Positions 1 through 10,833 of a DNA stretch of 64,000 bases are shown here, piece by piece. The notes beneath the pieces were generated by a model. It was given only the letters and a program-made list of their open reading frames with translations, searched no databases and was not told the origin of the DNA. The DNA lies in contig CAKKNE010000001.1 in assembly GCA_918797485.1 (NCBI GenBank), forward strand, positions 992,001 through 1,056,000, written 5' to 3'. A program made the position numbers and the translations under genes. The stretch is from Pelagomonas calceolata (lineage: Eukaryota). Each line of letters starts with the position of its first letter. The stretch's first letter is position 1.

Positions 1-2
1 TA

Positions 3-539
3 GACGAGAAGCAGTTTGGGATGGCGCGCAGGGCACACACCACGTGGCAGAACAAGCTCGCAAAAGGGGCCAAGCCGCCGCGCGCCGCGCCGAAGCGCAA
101 GGCGCCCGCGAAGCCGGCCGCGAAGCGCCGCAAGCCGCGGTACGAGGACGACGACGACGAGGCTTTTACGGCGCCGGCGCCGGCGCGTACCGGTACCGGC
201 GGGCGAAGGTCCGCGCGGGCCACGGCGACGAGGGGGAGCATGCGCGAGGCCTCCGACGACGAGGACTTCGAATTGGTCGATGTTGACGAACCCGCGCCCG
301 CGCCCGCGCCGCCGCCGCCAAAACGGGCGCGGACAGCGCCCCAGCAAGAGTTCAAGAAGGGTGACCGAGTCGACGCCAAGTTCGGGTACCGGTGGTACCG
401 GGCCACGGTCGACGAGGTGATCCGCGACGCCGCGGGAAAGATCACGAAGTACGAGATCCGCTGGCCGTCGAACGACGACTGCAACCGCATCGCGCGCGGG
501 AACGTTCGCGCGCCCGTCGATGGGACCGAGGAGGGGTAA
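3..539 (+). CDS. 5'-partial protein with C-terminal Tudor/Agenet-like domain
   Basis: Frame is open from the window edge; C-terminus FKKGDRVDAKFGYRWYRATVDEV...KYEIRW is Tudor-like. Confidence 0.6.
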   Translation, partial: DEKQFGMARRAHTTWQNKLAKGAKPPRAAPKRKAPAKPAAKRRKPRYEDDDDEAFTAPAPARTGTGGRRSARATATRGSMREASDDEDFELVDVDEPAPAPAPPPPKRARTAPQQEFKKGDRVDAKFGYRWYRATVDEVIRDAAGKITKYEIRWPSNDDCNRIARGNVRAPVDGTEEG

Positions 540-562
540 GACGATTCTTAGGCACGCGTGGA

Positions 563-2638
563 TCACACCCTGACGAGGATGCAGGCGTCGAAGGGGACCC
601 TAAAGTGTGCTTCGATGTTGTACGCGCGATCATCCTCGTCAAGGCCTTCAACTGTAAATTCCTCGCCGGCGAGTTCTTCCATGTCCTCGACCCAATCGAC
701 GAATCTATCCGCCCCCGGTGCCCGCCGCTCGCAGAGCCTTCGGAACTCGTCGACATTGTCGATAATGCGTATCACGGATTGATTCGGAACGAGGTCTCCG
801 CGCCACGCCGTCATGGGCGTACCAGCAGCAGCAACGACGCCGGAGGGACGGTCGACGGTGAGCAGCCGCACGACCTCGTTGCCTAAGCCCCGCTCACCGG
901 CTCGCGCGACGAAGGACTTCACCTGTTCTCGAAGCTTAAACGCCTCTAGGAGCATGTCGCGGTCGGACGATGTCCCCTCCGCGCACTCGCACTCGGGAGA
1001 CGGCGCCGCCGCCGCGAGGTGCTCCTTCGCAGAATCGAGGCCGCCGGGCAGTTCCCCGACGAGCTTGAGGCGCGCCGACGCGAGGTGCCAGGCAGCGGCT
1101 GCGTTGCCGTCTACTAGGCCGTTCTCAATCGCGGAAGCGACTAGATTACGGCCGTCGGTATGGTCCGCCAGACGCGTGCCCATTCGTTGATTCGTGAGCG
1201 GCGACGACTTTTTCTGGCGCAGCCAACGCTCGATGTGTGCCCGCTCGTAGCACTTGCCGTCTTCCGCGATGACCGGCCGCACCACGAGGCTTTGAGAGAT
1301 TGGACAGGTCACCGATGCGAGGACGGCCTCCGCGAACGTGCCGTTCGTGCCGTTCGCCGCGCGGGGGCGCTTCTTGCCTCGCCGCTCGCCCCCCGTCTTA
1401 GCCTCGCGCCGCGGCGCGGGCGCGGGCGCCGGCGGCATCGGTGGCGCGGCAGGCATCGCAGGCACCGGCGGAAGAGCCACCCGCTGGGCGGCCTCGCGTG
1501 CCCATTGAGCAGCTCCACCGAGCCCGTTCTCGAGTCGCAGCTCCACCGTCCGCGCCACATTGAGCAGGTCGTCGTCGTTCCTGTCGCCCCGGGGGTAGAT
1601 ATTCATGTTCAGCGAGACGCGGAGGTCCTCGATCGGCCGCGTGTTGTGCGTCGCATCGACGAGCCTTACCTCGATGCACGTCGCGTCCGTCTCCTCGAGG
1701 CCCACAGCCACGTCGTTCCACGGTAGGAGGCTCAGGAGGTCGACCGTCGCGTTGGCCGGGTCCGAGCCCTTGACCCACCGCCGGACCTCGAGCTGGCAAA
1801 GGTTGAGGTCGTCGTTGGAAGTGTCCGTCGCGCTCGTCGTGAGGCACGCGGCGCAGGCGCAGCGGTGCGCGGTGTTCGCCAGGGAGTCGAAGGCCTCGGC
1901 CTCGTAGCGCACGATGCCGAAATCGCCGCTCCGCAGGTCGCGCGCGGCCTCGAGGAAGGCGTCGCGCGGCGCCGGGTCCCACCGGGAGAGCGGCAGCTCC
2001 CGGGAGAGGTCGCGGGGGCGCATCGCCTGCAGGCGCCGGAGGTCGCCGCCCGCCGCCGCGCGGACCGCGGCCCGCACCTCCGCGTTGCCGTCGCCGCCGA
2101 CGTGCGCCTCGAGCCAGTCGTCGAGGGTGATCTCGTCCGTGCCGGCCTCCCTGAACGTGATGCGCTGCGCCTGGCCCGCGACGCGCTTCAAGGTCAGGGT
2201 CGTGAAAGTCTCGATGCTTCCCGTGACACCGTCGATAACCGCAAAGCGGATGGGGCGCGTCTCGTCGGGCATGAGCCTACAAAACCACGAGGGGTCGACC
2301 TGGGCGAGGCTGTCGATCCTCTTCCAGCCCCTGGGATTGGGGTCGTTCTCGCCCTGGTGCCACCGCAGACCGTCCCGTAAGTTCTGGCGGCGCTCCTCGT
2401 CGCGCGTCACAAGGTGGCCGTCCGCGCAAATGCCGGAGAGCTGGAGCACGTCGAGGACGCTCCGGCCCGTCGGCACACACAGGAGATCGCCCTCCCGCAG
2501 GCGGCCGAGGCCCCGCGCCTCCGGATCCGCGCCCACGGCGGGCAGCTCGCCGCCCTGCGCGCCGATCAGGGCAGCCTCCCGCTTGAAGATCTCGAGGGTC
2601 CGGACCCTGGCCGGTCGTCGTACCAGTGTACGTCGCAT
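563..2638 (-). CDS. U-box domain protein (putative E3 ubiquitin ligase)
   Basis: 691-aa ORF with CPISQSLVVRPVIAEDGKCYERAHIERWLRQKKSSPLTN U-box motif. Confidence 0.8.
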   Translation of the reverse strand: MRRTLVRRPARVRTLEIFKREAALIGAQGGELPAVGADPEARGLGRLREGDLLCVPTGRSVLDVLQLSGICADGHLVTRDEERRQNLRDGLRWHQGENDPNPRGWKRIDSLAQVDPSWFCRLMPDETRPIRFAVIDGVTGSIETFTTLTLKRVAGQAQRITFREAGTDEITLDDWLEAHVGGDGNAEVRAAVRAAAGGDLRRLQAMRPRDLSRELPLSRWDPAPRDAFLEAARDLRSGDFGIVRYEAEAFDSLANTAHRCACAACLTTSATDTSNDDLNLCQLEVRRWVKGSDPANATVDLLSLLPWNDVAVGLEETDATCIEVRLVDATHNTRPIEDLRVSLNMNIYPRGDRNDDDLLNVARTVELRLENGLGGAAQWAREAAQRVALPPVPAMPAAPPMPPAPAPAPRREAKTGGERRGKKRPRAANGTNGTFAEAVLASVTCPISQSLVVRPVIAEDGKCYERAHIERWLRQKKSSPLTNQRMGTRLADHTDGRNLVASAIENGLVDGNAAAAWHLASARLKLVGELPGGLDSAKEHLAAAAPSPECECAEGTSSDRDMLLEAFKLREQVKSFVARAGERGLGNEVVRLLTVDRPSGVVAAAGTPMTAWRGDLVPNQSVIRIIDNVDEFRRLCERRAPGADRFVDWVEDMEELAGEEFTVEGLDEDDRAYNIEAHFRVPFDACILVRV

Positions 2639-2723
2639 TTTATCTGCTTTCCACGGCTGCAGCGACCACGGGACGCCGCGTTGGCTTTTTTTGTCTCGGA
2701 TCTCTCGCTTGGATCTCGGCTCG

Positions 2724-2748
2724 AGCTAGCGTCCTGTAAGGCACTAGC
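2724..2748 (-). promoter_or_regulatory. Upstream double-CTAG motif copy (GCTAGTGCCTTACAGGACGCTAGCT)
   Basis: Matches the recurrent intergenic consensus; lies between divergent starts 2638(-) and 2900(+). Confidence 0.65.
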
Positions 2749-2899
2749 AAGCAAGCCAGTCGCCGCAATCCACGCAATTAACGCTGCATTCAGCCGCTTT
2801 CGCCCATTGCACACTGCTGCAGGAGTGCTTTGGCATCCGTGGAGCACCTGCTGCGGGCTCACGTGCATAACTCATCGATTGCAAGAGATTGAAGTAGCC

Positions 2900-4679
2900 A
2901 TGCGAGCCGCAACACGCGTCCTGCGCCGCAGCACGACACCCAAAGCACTACGACGCCACGCGGCATCAATAAAAACATTCGACGACCAGTTCGACTACCT
3001 GCGGGAGATCCTCAACAGTAGAGTCTACGACGCGGCCGTCGAGACGCCGCTCCAGCACGCCGCGAAGCTCTCGTCCATAACGAACTGCGACGCCTACGTC
3101 AAAAGGGAGGACCTCCAGCCCGTCTTCTCGTTCAAGATCCGCGGCGCCTACAACCGCATCGTCAATCTCGGAGACGTCAAAGGTGTTGTCGCTTGTTCGG
3201 CGGGTAATCATGCTCAAGGTGTGGCCAAGAGCTGTTCAATACTAAATCTTCCTGCCGTTATAGTGATGCCTTTGGCAACACCTAGAATAAAAGTGGATGC
3301 CGTGGGTAGACACGGTGGTTCGAACGTCGAAGTGCGACTCCATGGCAATACCTACGACGAGGCCGCGGCGGAGGCCAAACGGCTCGTAGATGAGGAAGGA
3401 TTGACCTTAGTTCATCCGTTCGACGACCCTCTCGTTATCGCAGGACAAGGGTCCGTCGGTGCTGAAATATTAAGGCAGAGAAATGGCAGAAGGTTGGATG
3501 CGATCTTCTGCTGCTGTGGGGGTGGCGGGTTGCTGGCCGGCGTCGCGGCCTACGTGAAGCAGGTAAGACCGGACGTGAAGGTGTACGGGGTGGAAGCCGA
3601 GGACGCGGCCGGCATGACGGCTTCGCTCGAAGCGGGCAAGCCCGTCGTGTTGGACCATGTTGGTCTATTTGCGGACGGTGCCGCGGTCAAAGCCATCGGC
3701 CAGGAGACCTTTAAACTGTGCGATCGGTACGTGGACGGCATGATCACCGTCGACAACGACGAGATCTGCGCGCACGCGGCGTCCTTGCATCGTCTGGCGT
3801 GGCGCGTCGATGGCGTCTTAGCTCGACGCGTCGCTTCGATGGCACCGCTCGTCGATGGCGTCTTAGCTCGACGCGTCGCGTCGATGGCGTCGAGGGCGCG
3901 CGCGATCGTCCCGACGCCGTCGCCGCGACACCCAGTGACACGCAGGCGCCGCGATCAAGCAGGGCTTCGAGGACACGAGATGTGTGTTAGAACCCGCAGG
4001 AGCACTGGCCTTGGCGGGCCTGAAGAAGCACGCCTCGTCACAGAGTGGAGACGACGTTCCTACCTATGTAGCGGTCGCGTCCGGCGCGAACATGGACTTT
4101 GACCGGTTGCGCTTCGTGAGCGAGCGAGCGGACACGAGCGAGGTGCGACTAGCTGTCAAGGTGCCCGAGGAGCCGGGCGCGTTCCGGGCGTTTTACGAAC
4201 AGATTTATCCGTGCAACGTGACCGAATTTTCGTACAGATTCTACAAGTCGAACCGGCCGGCGGACATTATCATTGCGTTTCAACCTAGGACGTCGACATA
4301 TATGGAGCGGCTCGAGAAGGGCGGGTATGCACCGAGAAACGTCACGGACGACGATTTGGTGTCCTCGCACTTACGACATGTCGCTGGTGGTCGAAGTGCG
4401 GATGTGGGTAGTGAGCGCTTGTTCCGCTTCGAGTTCCCGGAGGCGCCGGGTGCTCTCAGAAAGTTCCTGTCGTACTTCGAGGACTCGTTCTTCAACGTCT
4501 CGCTGTTTCATTATAGAAACTACGGCCACGACTTCGGGCGGGTCTTGGTGGGCTTGCAGGCCTCCCAAAGCAAGGAGGACGATCAGAAATTAGACGCCTT
4601 CCTGGACGCGCTGGGGTACCGGTACGCGGAGGAGACGAGCAACGCGACGTACAAGCAGTTCATGACCGACGAGGGGTAG
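2900..4679 (+). CDS. ilvA: Biosynthetic threonine dehydratase; exons 2900-3767, 3946-4679
   Basis: KREDLQPVFSFKIRGA PLP-lysine motif, SAGNHAQG, C-terminal regulatory FEFPEAPGAL. Removing the GC-AG intron 3768-3945 restores DEIC-AAIKQGFEDTR in frame. Confidence 0.93.
3768..3945 (+). repeat. GC-AG intron built from CGTCGATGGCGT core repeats
   Basis: 30-bp direct repeat at 3805-3834 and 3850-3879; GCGC present at both junctions; frame restored on splicing. Confidence 0.8.
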
Positions 4680-4858
4680 CGTAAGTGTAGTAGCTTTATC
4701 TTGGTCTCCGGCGTCGCGACGTGCGGCGGCGGCGTAGAGCGTCCCGCTGCTACGCCTCGTAGATCCTCTTTTGCGCGTCGCCCCTGTGGGCGTGACTAGT
4801 ATTTGATCGAACTTAGTACGCGCAAGTACCCTGCCCGAAGGGACTCACGGCATGCCAG

Positions 4859-5830
4859 CTAATAGTTGAACTCGTGGTGGACCTCCTTCTCGAAGCCGAG
4901 GAAGCAGTGGCCCCTCGCCGCCTCCGCCTTGAGCATCCTAATGGTCTCATCGAAGGGCCGCGGCGTCCGGTCGGCGAACGGCTTTTTGAGCTCGTCCTCG
5001 TCCCAGAAACAGAGGAGGCGCGCCTGGTACCAGTCCTCGTGCTCCTTGGACACTTCGGACAGCCGCGCGGAACCCTTAATGTTCCTGTTGGCGTAAAGGT
5101 CCGCGTACTGGAGGTTGGAGGGATGGCACAGCTCCCGGATGACCACGTTTGGGCGGCCGTTTGCGTCGAAGGCCGGTCGTAGCCCTCGCCGCGCGTAGTC
5201 CGCGCGGATAACGCTTTTCGGTATAATGTGGTCGTAGCTAAATTTGTGATCGGCGTCGGCCTGTCGGCGCTTGAAGACCTCCTCGAGCGTGAGGCGGCCG
5301 TGGGGCCTCGGCATGGAGGCCAGCATGATTTCGTTAATCTGCTTGGGCGTGTAGTCCGGGCAGATGTCGTCCGTGGCGATGCCAAAGTAAGTCGTCCAGC
5401 CATTTGTAACGCCACGCGCCGGGTCATTGCGGACACTTCCTACGCCCGACGAACGCATCACGCTCATTAAGAGCGCGCCCGCGATGGAGCTTCCGTGCGA
5501 CGGGTCGTTCGGATAGTTCTGGCACGGACACTTATAGACGTCTCGGCCAGTCTTCGGGCAGTAGCGCCTAGAACGAGTAAAGGGTTGGCCGGCTCGCGAC
5601 CGACCAGTGCCCGCCGAGACCACCTCTTGGCCGGCTCGAGACAGACGATCGCCAACCGTCCGTGCTCCGAACTTCTTGTTGGCGCCACCACCACCACGTC
5701 GACCTCGCCGGTAACGCGCTATGAGATCCGCCTCGGCCTTCTCCGCAGCCTTGCGCACGCTAGCGGCCCGCCTCGGCCGCGGCGTCCGTCGAGAGTCCCA
5801 GACGACGTCGCCCAGGTCGTCGCACGGCAT
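4859..5830 (-). CDS. HNH (beta-beta-alpha-Me) endonuclease-like protein, virus/phage-like
   Basis: YDHIIPKS ... ELCHPSNLQYADLYANRNIKG resembles the DHIxP...HxxNLQxL...NxxK HNH pattern; upstream Cys cluster CPKTG...CPC; start uncertain. Confidence 0.6.
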   Translation of the reverse strand: MPCDDLGDVVWDSRRTPRPRRAASVRKAAEKAEADLIARYRRGRRGGGGANKKFGARTVGDRLSRAGQEVVSAGTGRSRAGQPFTRSRRYCPKTGRDVYKCPCQNYPNDPSHGSSIAGALLMSVMRSSGVGSVRNDPARGVTNGWTTYFGIATDDICPDYTPKQINEIMLASMPRPHGRLTLEEVFKRRQADADHKFSYDHIIPKSVIRADYARRGLRPAFDANGRPNVVIRELCHPSNLQYADLYANRNIKGSARLSEVSKEHEDWYQARLLCFWDEDELKKPFADRTPRPFDETIRMLKAEAARGHCFLGFEKEVHHEFNY

Positions 5831-5879
5831 CGCCGACTACCGCTTCGAGAGTTGGTTCGACCAACGCGAGATCGTGCGG

Positions 5880-6134
5880 ATGAAGCTCGCGATCGTCGAC
5901 CTCATCGAAGCGGTCCATCGCGGCCGGACAGACGCGCCCGTAGACGTCTCTGCGCAGGAGCTCGACGCGGCGCGGGCCAAGGCGGCCGCCTTGCATGCAG
6001 CCGCGGCGGCCGCCGCCGCGGACTTGGCGACCAAGAAGCGGCAACGGCGCGATATGCTCGATAGGCAGATCGCGCGGTTGCAAGCAGAACGGGACGCCCT
6101 GGAATCGGACGCCGACACGTGCGTTGTTTCGTGA
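5880..6134 (+). CDS. Small coiled-coil protein or 3' gene fragment
   Basis: Coding-like frame (MKLAIVDLIE...LQAERDALESD); the 5' end overlaps the HNH ORF start region, so the start is unclear. Confidence 0.3.
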   Translation: MKLAIVDLIEAVHRGRTDAPVDVSAQELDAARAKAAALHAAAAAAAADLATKKRQRRDMLDRQIARLQAERDALESDADTCVVS

Positions 6135-6188
6135 GCCGTCGCCCTGGGGTTCGAGGACCTCACCGTGACTAGCAAGTAAAACATGGAA

Positions 6189-8013
6189 TTAACTAGTACT
6201 ATTCGACGCGTTGCGCTGCTCGTCCAGATCCGCGCAGAGCGCAGGACTGATCAGCGGCCGCGCGGGCCGATCCTTCCGTCGAAACGCGAAGGCGGCGGCC
6301 CGCGACTCGTTCCACTTTTGCTGAAACGCGGCCCGCGCGACGGCGACGTCGTGGAACGTCGAGGCACCCGTGCCGCGAGGTAGAAGCGTATCGCACGACG
6401 ACAGGATGAAGTTCTCGGCCAGGGCGTCCAATAAACCAGAACGTGATCCCCGGTCCGCGACGCGCCCCCTTTGACCGACTGAGAGTATATGCGTATCCGG
6501 TCGCTCCTCTAGGTGGTGCATCAGCATCCACTTCGTTTTCTTCGACTCGTGGTCGGCGGCGATGTAAACATTGGGATGTGGGATTCCATTTAGTGCTTGT
6601 TCGAGGTGGACCTTGTACCTATGTGCAAATCGACCAGTGAGTCCCTCGCCGTCGAGCATGCGTCGCGTCGATGGCGTGCAGGGTCATGGTTCCCCAGTGG
6701 ACGCGCCGCCGCCGCAGCAACAATTGATTTATGCACTACCTTGTACTTCAAGTTCTCCGTCTGTTGTTTCCCGTCGCCCGGAAGGTTATCTGCGCGTCTC
6801 AGATGCATTCCCACGTCGCACTTTATGTTTTTGTCGCCGAGTGCCTTGTGCACCCTAGATACGATCGAGGCGCGGGCGTCTCCCAACAACCAGCTCATCA
6901 ATCCACCAAACTCGGCCCACGGGTTGCCCGCTTTCGGGTCGAGGCCCCACGCCCTCCGCAGGTTCTTGTTGCACGTCAACGCCCAGCCCCAATAAAAAAA
7001 GCCGTACGTGCACAGGTAGGGGTCCTCCTTGCCTGTGCGGAGTCAACCAGTGAGACCTCCACGCCATCGAGCAGATGCAGTTACCGGGATAAGCGCCTAA
7101 AAATTTGATTTCCACACAGCTCCTCGCGCCAATCCGGACCTAGTTTGTGGGTACGCAGGTGGTCCGCCGTCTTCCGATCGTCCTCTTCCCCAATAGCCCA
7201 CCGTTTCAGTGGCTTAGCGTGGCGCTTGATGTCGTCTCTACACCGAGTGATCGCGGCATGCGCATGACCTGTGCATAAATCAACCAGTGAGTCGGGCGCG
7301 CCCGATAATTCTTCATCAAGTCCTTTCTCGGCGAGAACGCGGTCGCACAGCCTGAATCGAGCGGCGAGAGACCACACCGCCACGCCGTCGAGCAGGCATC
7401 GCGTCGATGGCGTGGAGGCCATGATTCAGCCGTGACGGACGCGCCGCGACAATTTGATTTATGCACTGGGTATGACTCCCGACGCCCCACTGCGCCCTCG
7501 TTTCGTTCTCCACAAATAGGTCGTTGATCGACGTCGGGTCGCAGTCGCCGTGGTTCGTGTGTCTGCCTGTGTGGAAATCAACCAGTGCGTCGGGTACTGC
7601 ATCGCCACGCCATCGAGCAGGCGTCGCGTCGATGGCGTGGAGGACAACGAACGCGCCGTAAAATTTTGATTTCCACACAGGTATCTACAATCCGTGTGCG
7701 GCCAGAGCACGATGAGCGATCGCCCCGTCGCCATCGCGAGCGCGAGCGTTGACGTGACGATGTTGATGCGGTTGCCCAATCCATAGTCGTCGGCGAAGGC
7801 GATGAGGAACTTACCGTTCTCCTTGCGCTCACGCCGCTGCGCCGTCGACCAATCGCTGAGCGCCGGCCCCCAAACGCCGCCGCTGCGATCCATTCCCGCG
7901 AGGAAACGCTGCTTGAGTAGGGCGAGGTGCGCGTTGTTCACCGCTTCGCCGCCAACCATCGTCTTGGCTGCCCGGGCCGTGCCGGCCAGCAGCAGGGCGA
8001 GGCTTAGCTGCAT
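6189..8013 (-). CDS. Fucosyltransferase-like protein (GT-B), ~423 aa; exons 8013-7689, 7566-7477, 7268-7128, 7032-6747, 6618-6189
   Basis: Signal peptide; GLGNRI, VGMHLRR, VYIAAD and ENFILSSCD...STF fucosyltransferase motifs. Removing four introners gives an uninterrupted 1272-nt frame. Confidence 0.85.
6619..6738 (-). mobile_element. Introner family A copy (intron 6619-6746, GT-AG)
   Basis: Perfect 8-bp TSD CCTTGTAC (6611-6618, 6739-6746); degenerate TIRs CTATGTGCAAATCGA...TTGATTTATGCACTA. Confidence 0.92.
7033..7119 (-). mobile_element. Introner family A copy, short (intron 7033-7127, GC-AG)
   Basis: TSD CTCCTTGC/CTCCTCGC; TIRs CTGTGCGGAGTCAA...TTGATTTCCACACAG; splicing gives DWR-KEDPYLC. 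Confidence 0.9.
7269..7468 (-). mobile_element. Introner family A copy, 200-bp long form (intron 7269-7476, GT-AG)
   Basis: TIRs CTGTGCATAAATCAA...TTGATTTATGCACTG (14/15); TSD CGCATGAC/GGTATGAC; colinear with 43925-44126. Confidence 0.92.
7567..7680 (-). mobile_element. Introner family A copy (intron 7567-7688, GT-AG)
   Basis: Perfect TIR CTGTGTGGAAATCAA...TTGATTTCCACACAG; TSD GTGTCTGC/GTATCTAC; internal 12-bp hairpin 7605-7616/7629-7640. Confidence 0.93.
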
Positions 8014-8239
8014 AGGAGATGCATTGCTAGCATGCCCATAATTGGGCTGCCTCTACGACCTGCCGCTGGCTACCGCACGTAGAGCAGGAGCAATGCTGCT
8101 TAAGGGAAGTACGTTACGGTCCTCAAAGCCACCCAAAGCCACCGATGCGCCTCAGACAGCACGCGCAACCCAAAAAATTGCGGGCGTCAGGGCGGGTTTT
8201 GCCAGGTCGCGTCGAACAACAACAGTACTAACTACACAT

Positions 8240-9637
8240 TTATGTCAAAGAAGAAGCGTGCGCCCGGATCGCCGCGAGCGCCTGCGGCAGGGCCGGGAAG
8301 ACTGCCGCTACGGATGCGCCCTCGCGGAGCAGGCCGCCCGGCGCGCCGCCGTCGATCACGGCCGGCGTCGGCGCTTCTGCGAGCTCCGCTGCGCAGGCGA
8401 CGCCGTGATGCGACGACGTCACGAGCACGGCGAGAATGCCGGCTCGGCACGCGGCGATCATATCAGTCCTTGCATCTCCCACCAGGACGGCGCGGTCGCG
8501 GTCGGCATCTCCCAGGGCGAGATTCAAAAGATCCGGCGCCGGCTTCAGCGCCGGTCCGTCAAGGCCCGTCGCGACAAATATGTCGTCAACAGGGACCTCC
8601 CTCCGGAGCGACGCGTGTAGCTTGTCGAGCGTCTTTGCCGACAATAGGCCTTTTTTCCTCGCGTTCTGATTCGTGACCACCACACACGCGTGCCCGTCCT
8701 CTTTGAGGGCACGAACGGCGTCTGAGACTCCTGGCAGCAATTCGAATTGTTCCGCGCGCACGACTCCCGGGCTGCCCACGTCTTTGTTGAGCACACCGTC
8801 CCGGTCCAATAACACGGTCCATGGCCGCGGCACCGCGTCTGTTTGCTCGAAGCCGCCGTAGGCATCAGTCGCATCGGCGCCGTCAGTGGTCGCATCAAAG
8901 CCACCGTAGTCGTCCTCCGCGTCGCTCGCCGTCACGCCAGTGTATTGCTCCCACTCGGAACGCCGCTCCGCCGCATCAGCAAGCGCCCATCCTCGTTCGC
9001 GCGCATTAAAACTCGACCACCCGCGCACCTCGTCGTCGGCGAGAAAACACCCGATACACACCGTTCCATCCATAAAGGACGGATTGCGCCGGCAGATGCG
9101 GTTGCAGGGAGACCTCTGCGCGGGTGCCGCCGCTGACACGCCGACGAGCAGCAGCACGCGGCGAGCAGCGTCGAGCAGCAGCGCCGCGCCGGCGAGCGCG
9201 GCGAGCAGCGCGACGACGGGATGCAGTGGCTGTCGTCGCGTCGGCGACGGGCTTCGTGCGGGCGCGGGCGGCGCCCTGCGCTTCTTGGCGGGCGTCCGCG
9301 AGGGCCGCTTCCTCTTCGCCTCGCGCGCCGCGGCCGGGAGCAGGTGCCAGGGCGTGTACCCGCTATTCTTGCGCGCCGAGCGGCGCGAGTCCGCGCGGCG
9401 GTGGGCCGGGCCCATTTACTCGTCCGGTCGCGGCTGGTTGTAGTACGCGAGCGTGCTGCTGATCGCAAAGATTACGAAACCGACGTCGAGGCTCCGCAGC
9501 ACGCGAGTCTTGGGTCTCGGCACAGCTGCAAATAACGAGGCATACGCATGGATTGTGGCTGCGCTTGCGCAAGCAACGCCCCAGCTAAGTGGCCTGGAGA
9601 CCTCTGGCGTACTCAAGGCTTTCTCTAGAGCATCCAT
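8240..9637 (-). CDS. DUF1289-like Cys domain plus HAD-IIIA phosphatase (GmhB/histidinol-phosphatase-like); 5' structure uncertain (possible intron 9363-9419)
   Basis: SPCNRICR...CIGCF...EVRGW; LLDRDGVLN, VVTNQ, KPAP and VLVGD HAD motifs. A 57-nt GT-AG intron would join ORF 9416-9637 in frame. Confidence 0.7.
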
Positions 9638-9825
9638 GCGCTCATATGCCAGCTTTTTGGCTTGCTGTCCATGCTAGTGCCCATATGCAGCTAGCCAACA
9701 AAAATTAATCATCCCCAGATCCTGACAAACATTTAACTGCCTGACGCCTGATCGTCCAGAGCCACGCAGGACCACTTCGGGACCCGCAGCCCTCCCAAGA
9801 GACGCCACCGCTGCCCGCGGCACGC

Positions 9826-10833
9826 ATGTGGAACAACTACTTCGAGGAGCAAAGGTCGGGCAGCCCCCGGGCGGAACCGACGAGCCCGCCGCCGCAGCAC
9901 TGCCCCGGCTGCGGCCAGCGCCTCGACGTCTGCGCCTGCGCGCCGTCGCAAGACAGCTACGCCGCGCCCCGCCACGAGGCCGTCAAGACCCCCGACCAGC
10001 ACTACTCGGAGTCGTTGCGGGCGGACCTGCACACGAAGCCGCGGCGCGCGCCGTCGCCGGCGTCGCGTGCGCGCTTCGAGGCGGCTTCTGTCGAACTCAA
10101 CAGTGAATTGAGGGGCGCGGCCGCCGCCATCGACCGCATCCGCACGCCGCCGAAGCGGCCGTCGCCCCAAGGTTCCGTGACGTCGGAGACGTCGCGACAA
10201 AAGAAAACGAGGAAGCCGCCTTTACCAAGGCGTTTGGACGGCCGCATCGTCGGCGCCCGGGCGAGCCCGGTCCGGCGGGCGCCGAGCCCGGCGCCCGTCG
10301 CGCGCGTGCCCGTACCACGGCCCGCGGCGCCCGTGCCGCTGCGACCCGTCCGGACGTGGGACCACAGCGCCTGGGCGGCGGCCGTATTAGTCGTCTTGAT
10401 CACGCTGAGCCTGCACTACGCGCCGGCTTATAGGAATATCGTCGATCAATATATGGGCATTTCGCGCGAGGGCGGCAACGCGTCGGCTTTACTGTACCTC
10501 CTGCCGCTCGCGCTGCTGATTGTCTACGACGCCGCGCACAACCCGCTCCACCGCTTCTTCCCGTTTCCGGACCGATGGGCGAACTACGTGCTGCGCGTCG
10601 CGGGCGGCTACGGCATCGTCCAGGTCCTGGCCCAGGACTTGGGGCTGAAGACGGGCGCCGTCCAGCGCGACCTCGTCCAGGCGGAGGGGGTCCAGTTCCT
10701 GCTCCTGTGGGGCGGCGCCTTCGCCGTGACAGGTCATAGATCAGAGGGCCTCGTGGCGGCGCTGTTGTACTTCGTCCTCAAGCACCACGTGAGCGCCGGC
10801 GAGACGAGTAGCGTGTGCTTCGAGGGCGTCTGA
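9826..10833 (+). CDS. Hypothetical membrane protein
   Basis: 335-aa ORF with low-complexity N-terminus and several hydrophobic C-terminal segments. Confidence 0.65.
   Translation: MWNNYFEEQRSGSPRAEPTSPPPQHCPGCGQRLDVCACAPSQDSYAAPRHEAVKTPDQHYSESLRADLHTKPRRAPSPASRARFEAASVELNSELRGAAAAIDRIRTPPKRPSPQGSVTSETSRQKKTRKPPLPRRLDGRIVGARASPVRRAPSPAPVARVPVPRPAAPVPLRPVRTWDHSAWAAAVLVVLITLSLHYAPAYRNIVDQYMGISREGGNASALLYLLPLALLIVYDAAHNPLHRFFPFPDRWANYVLRVAGGYGIVQVLAQDLGLKTGAVQRDLVQAEGVQFLLLWGGAFAVTGHRSEGLVAALLYFVLKHHVSAGETSSVCFEGV

Noticed and set aside
4859..5830. HNH ORF as the mobiliser of the introners
   Set aside because: TIRs plus 8-bp TSDs point to a DDE transposase; the HNH ORF is not flanked by family TIRs, and proximity alone is not evidence.
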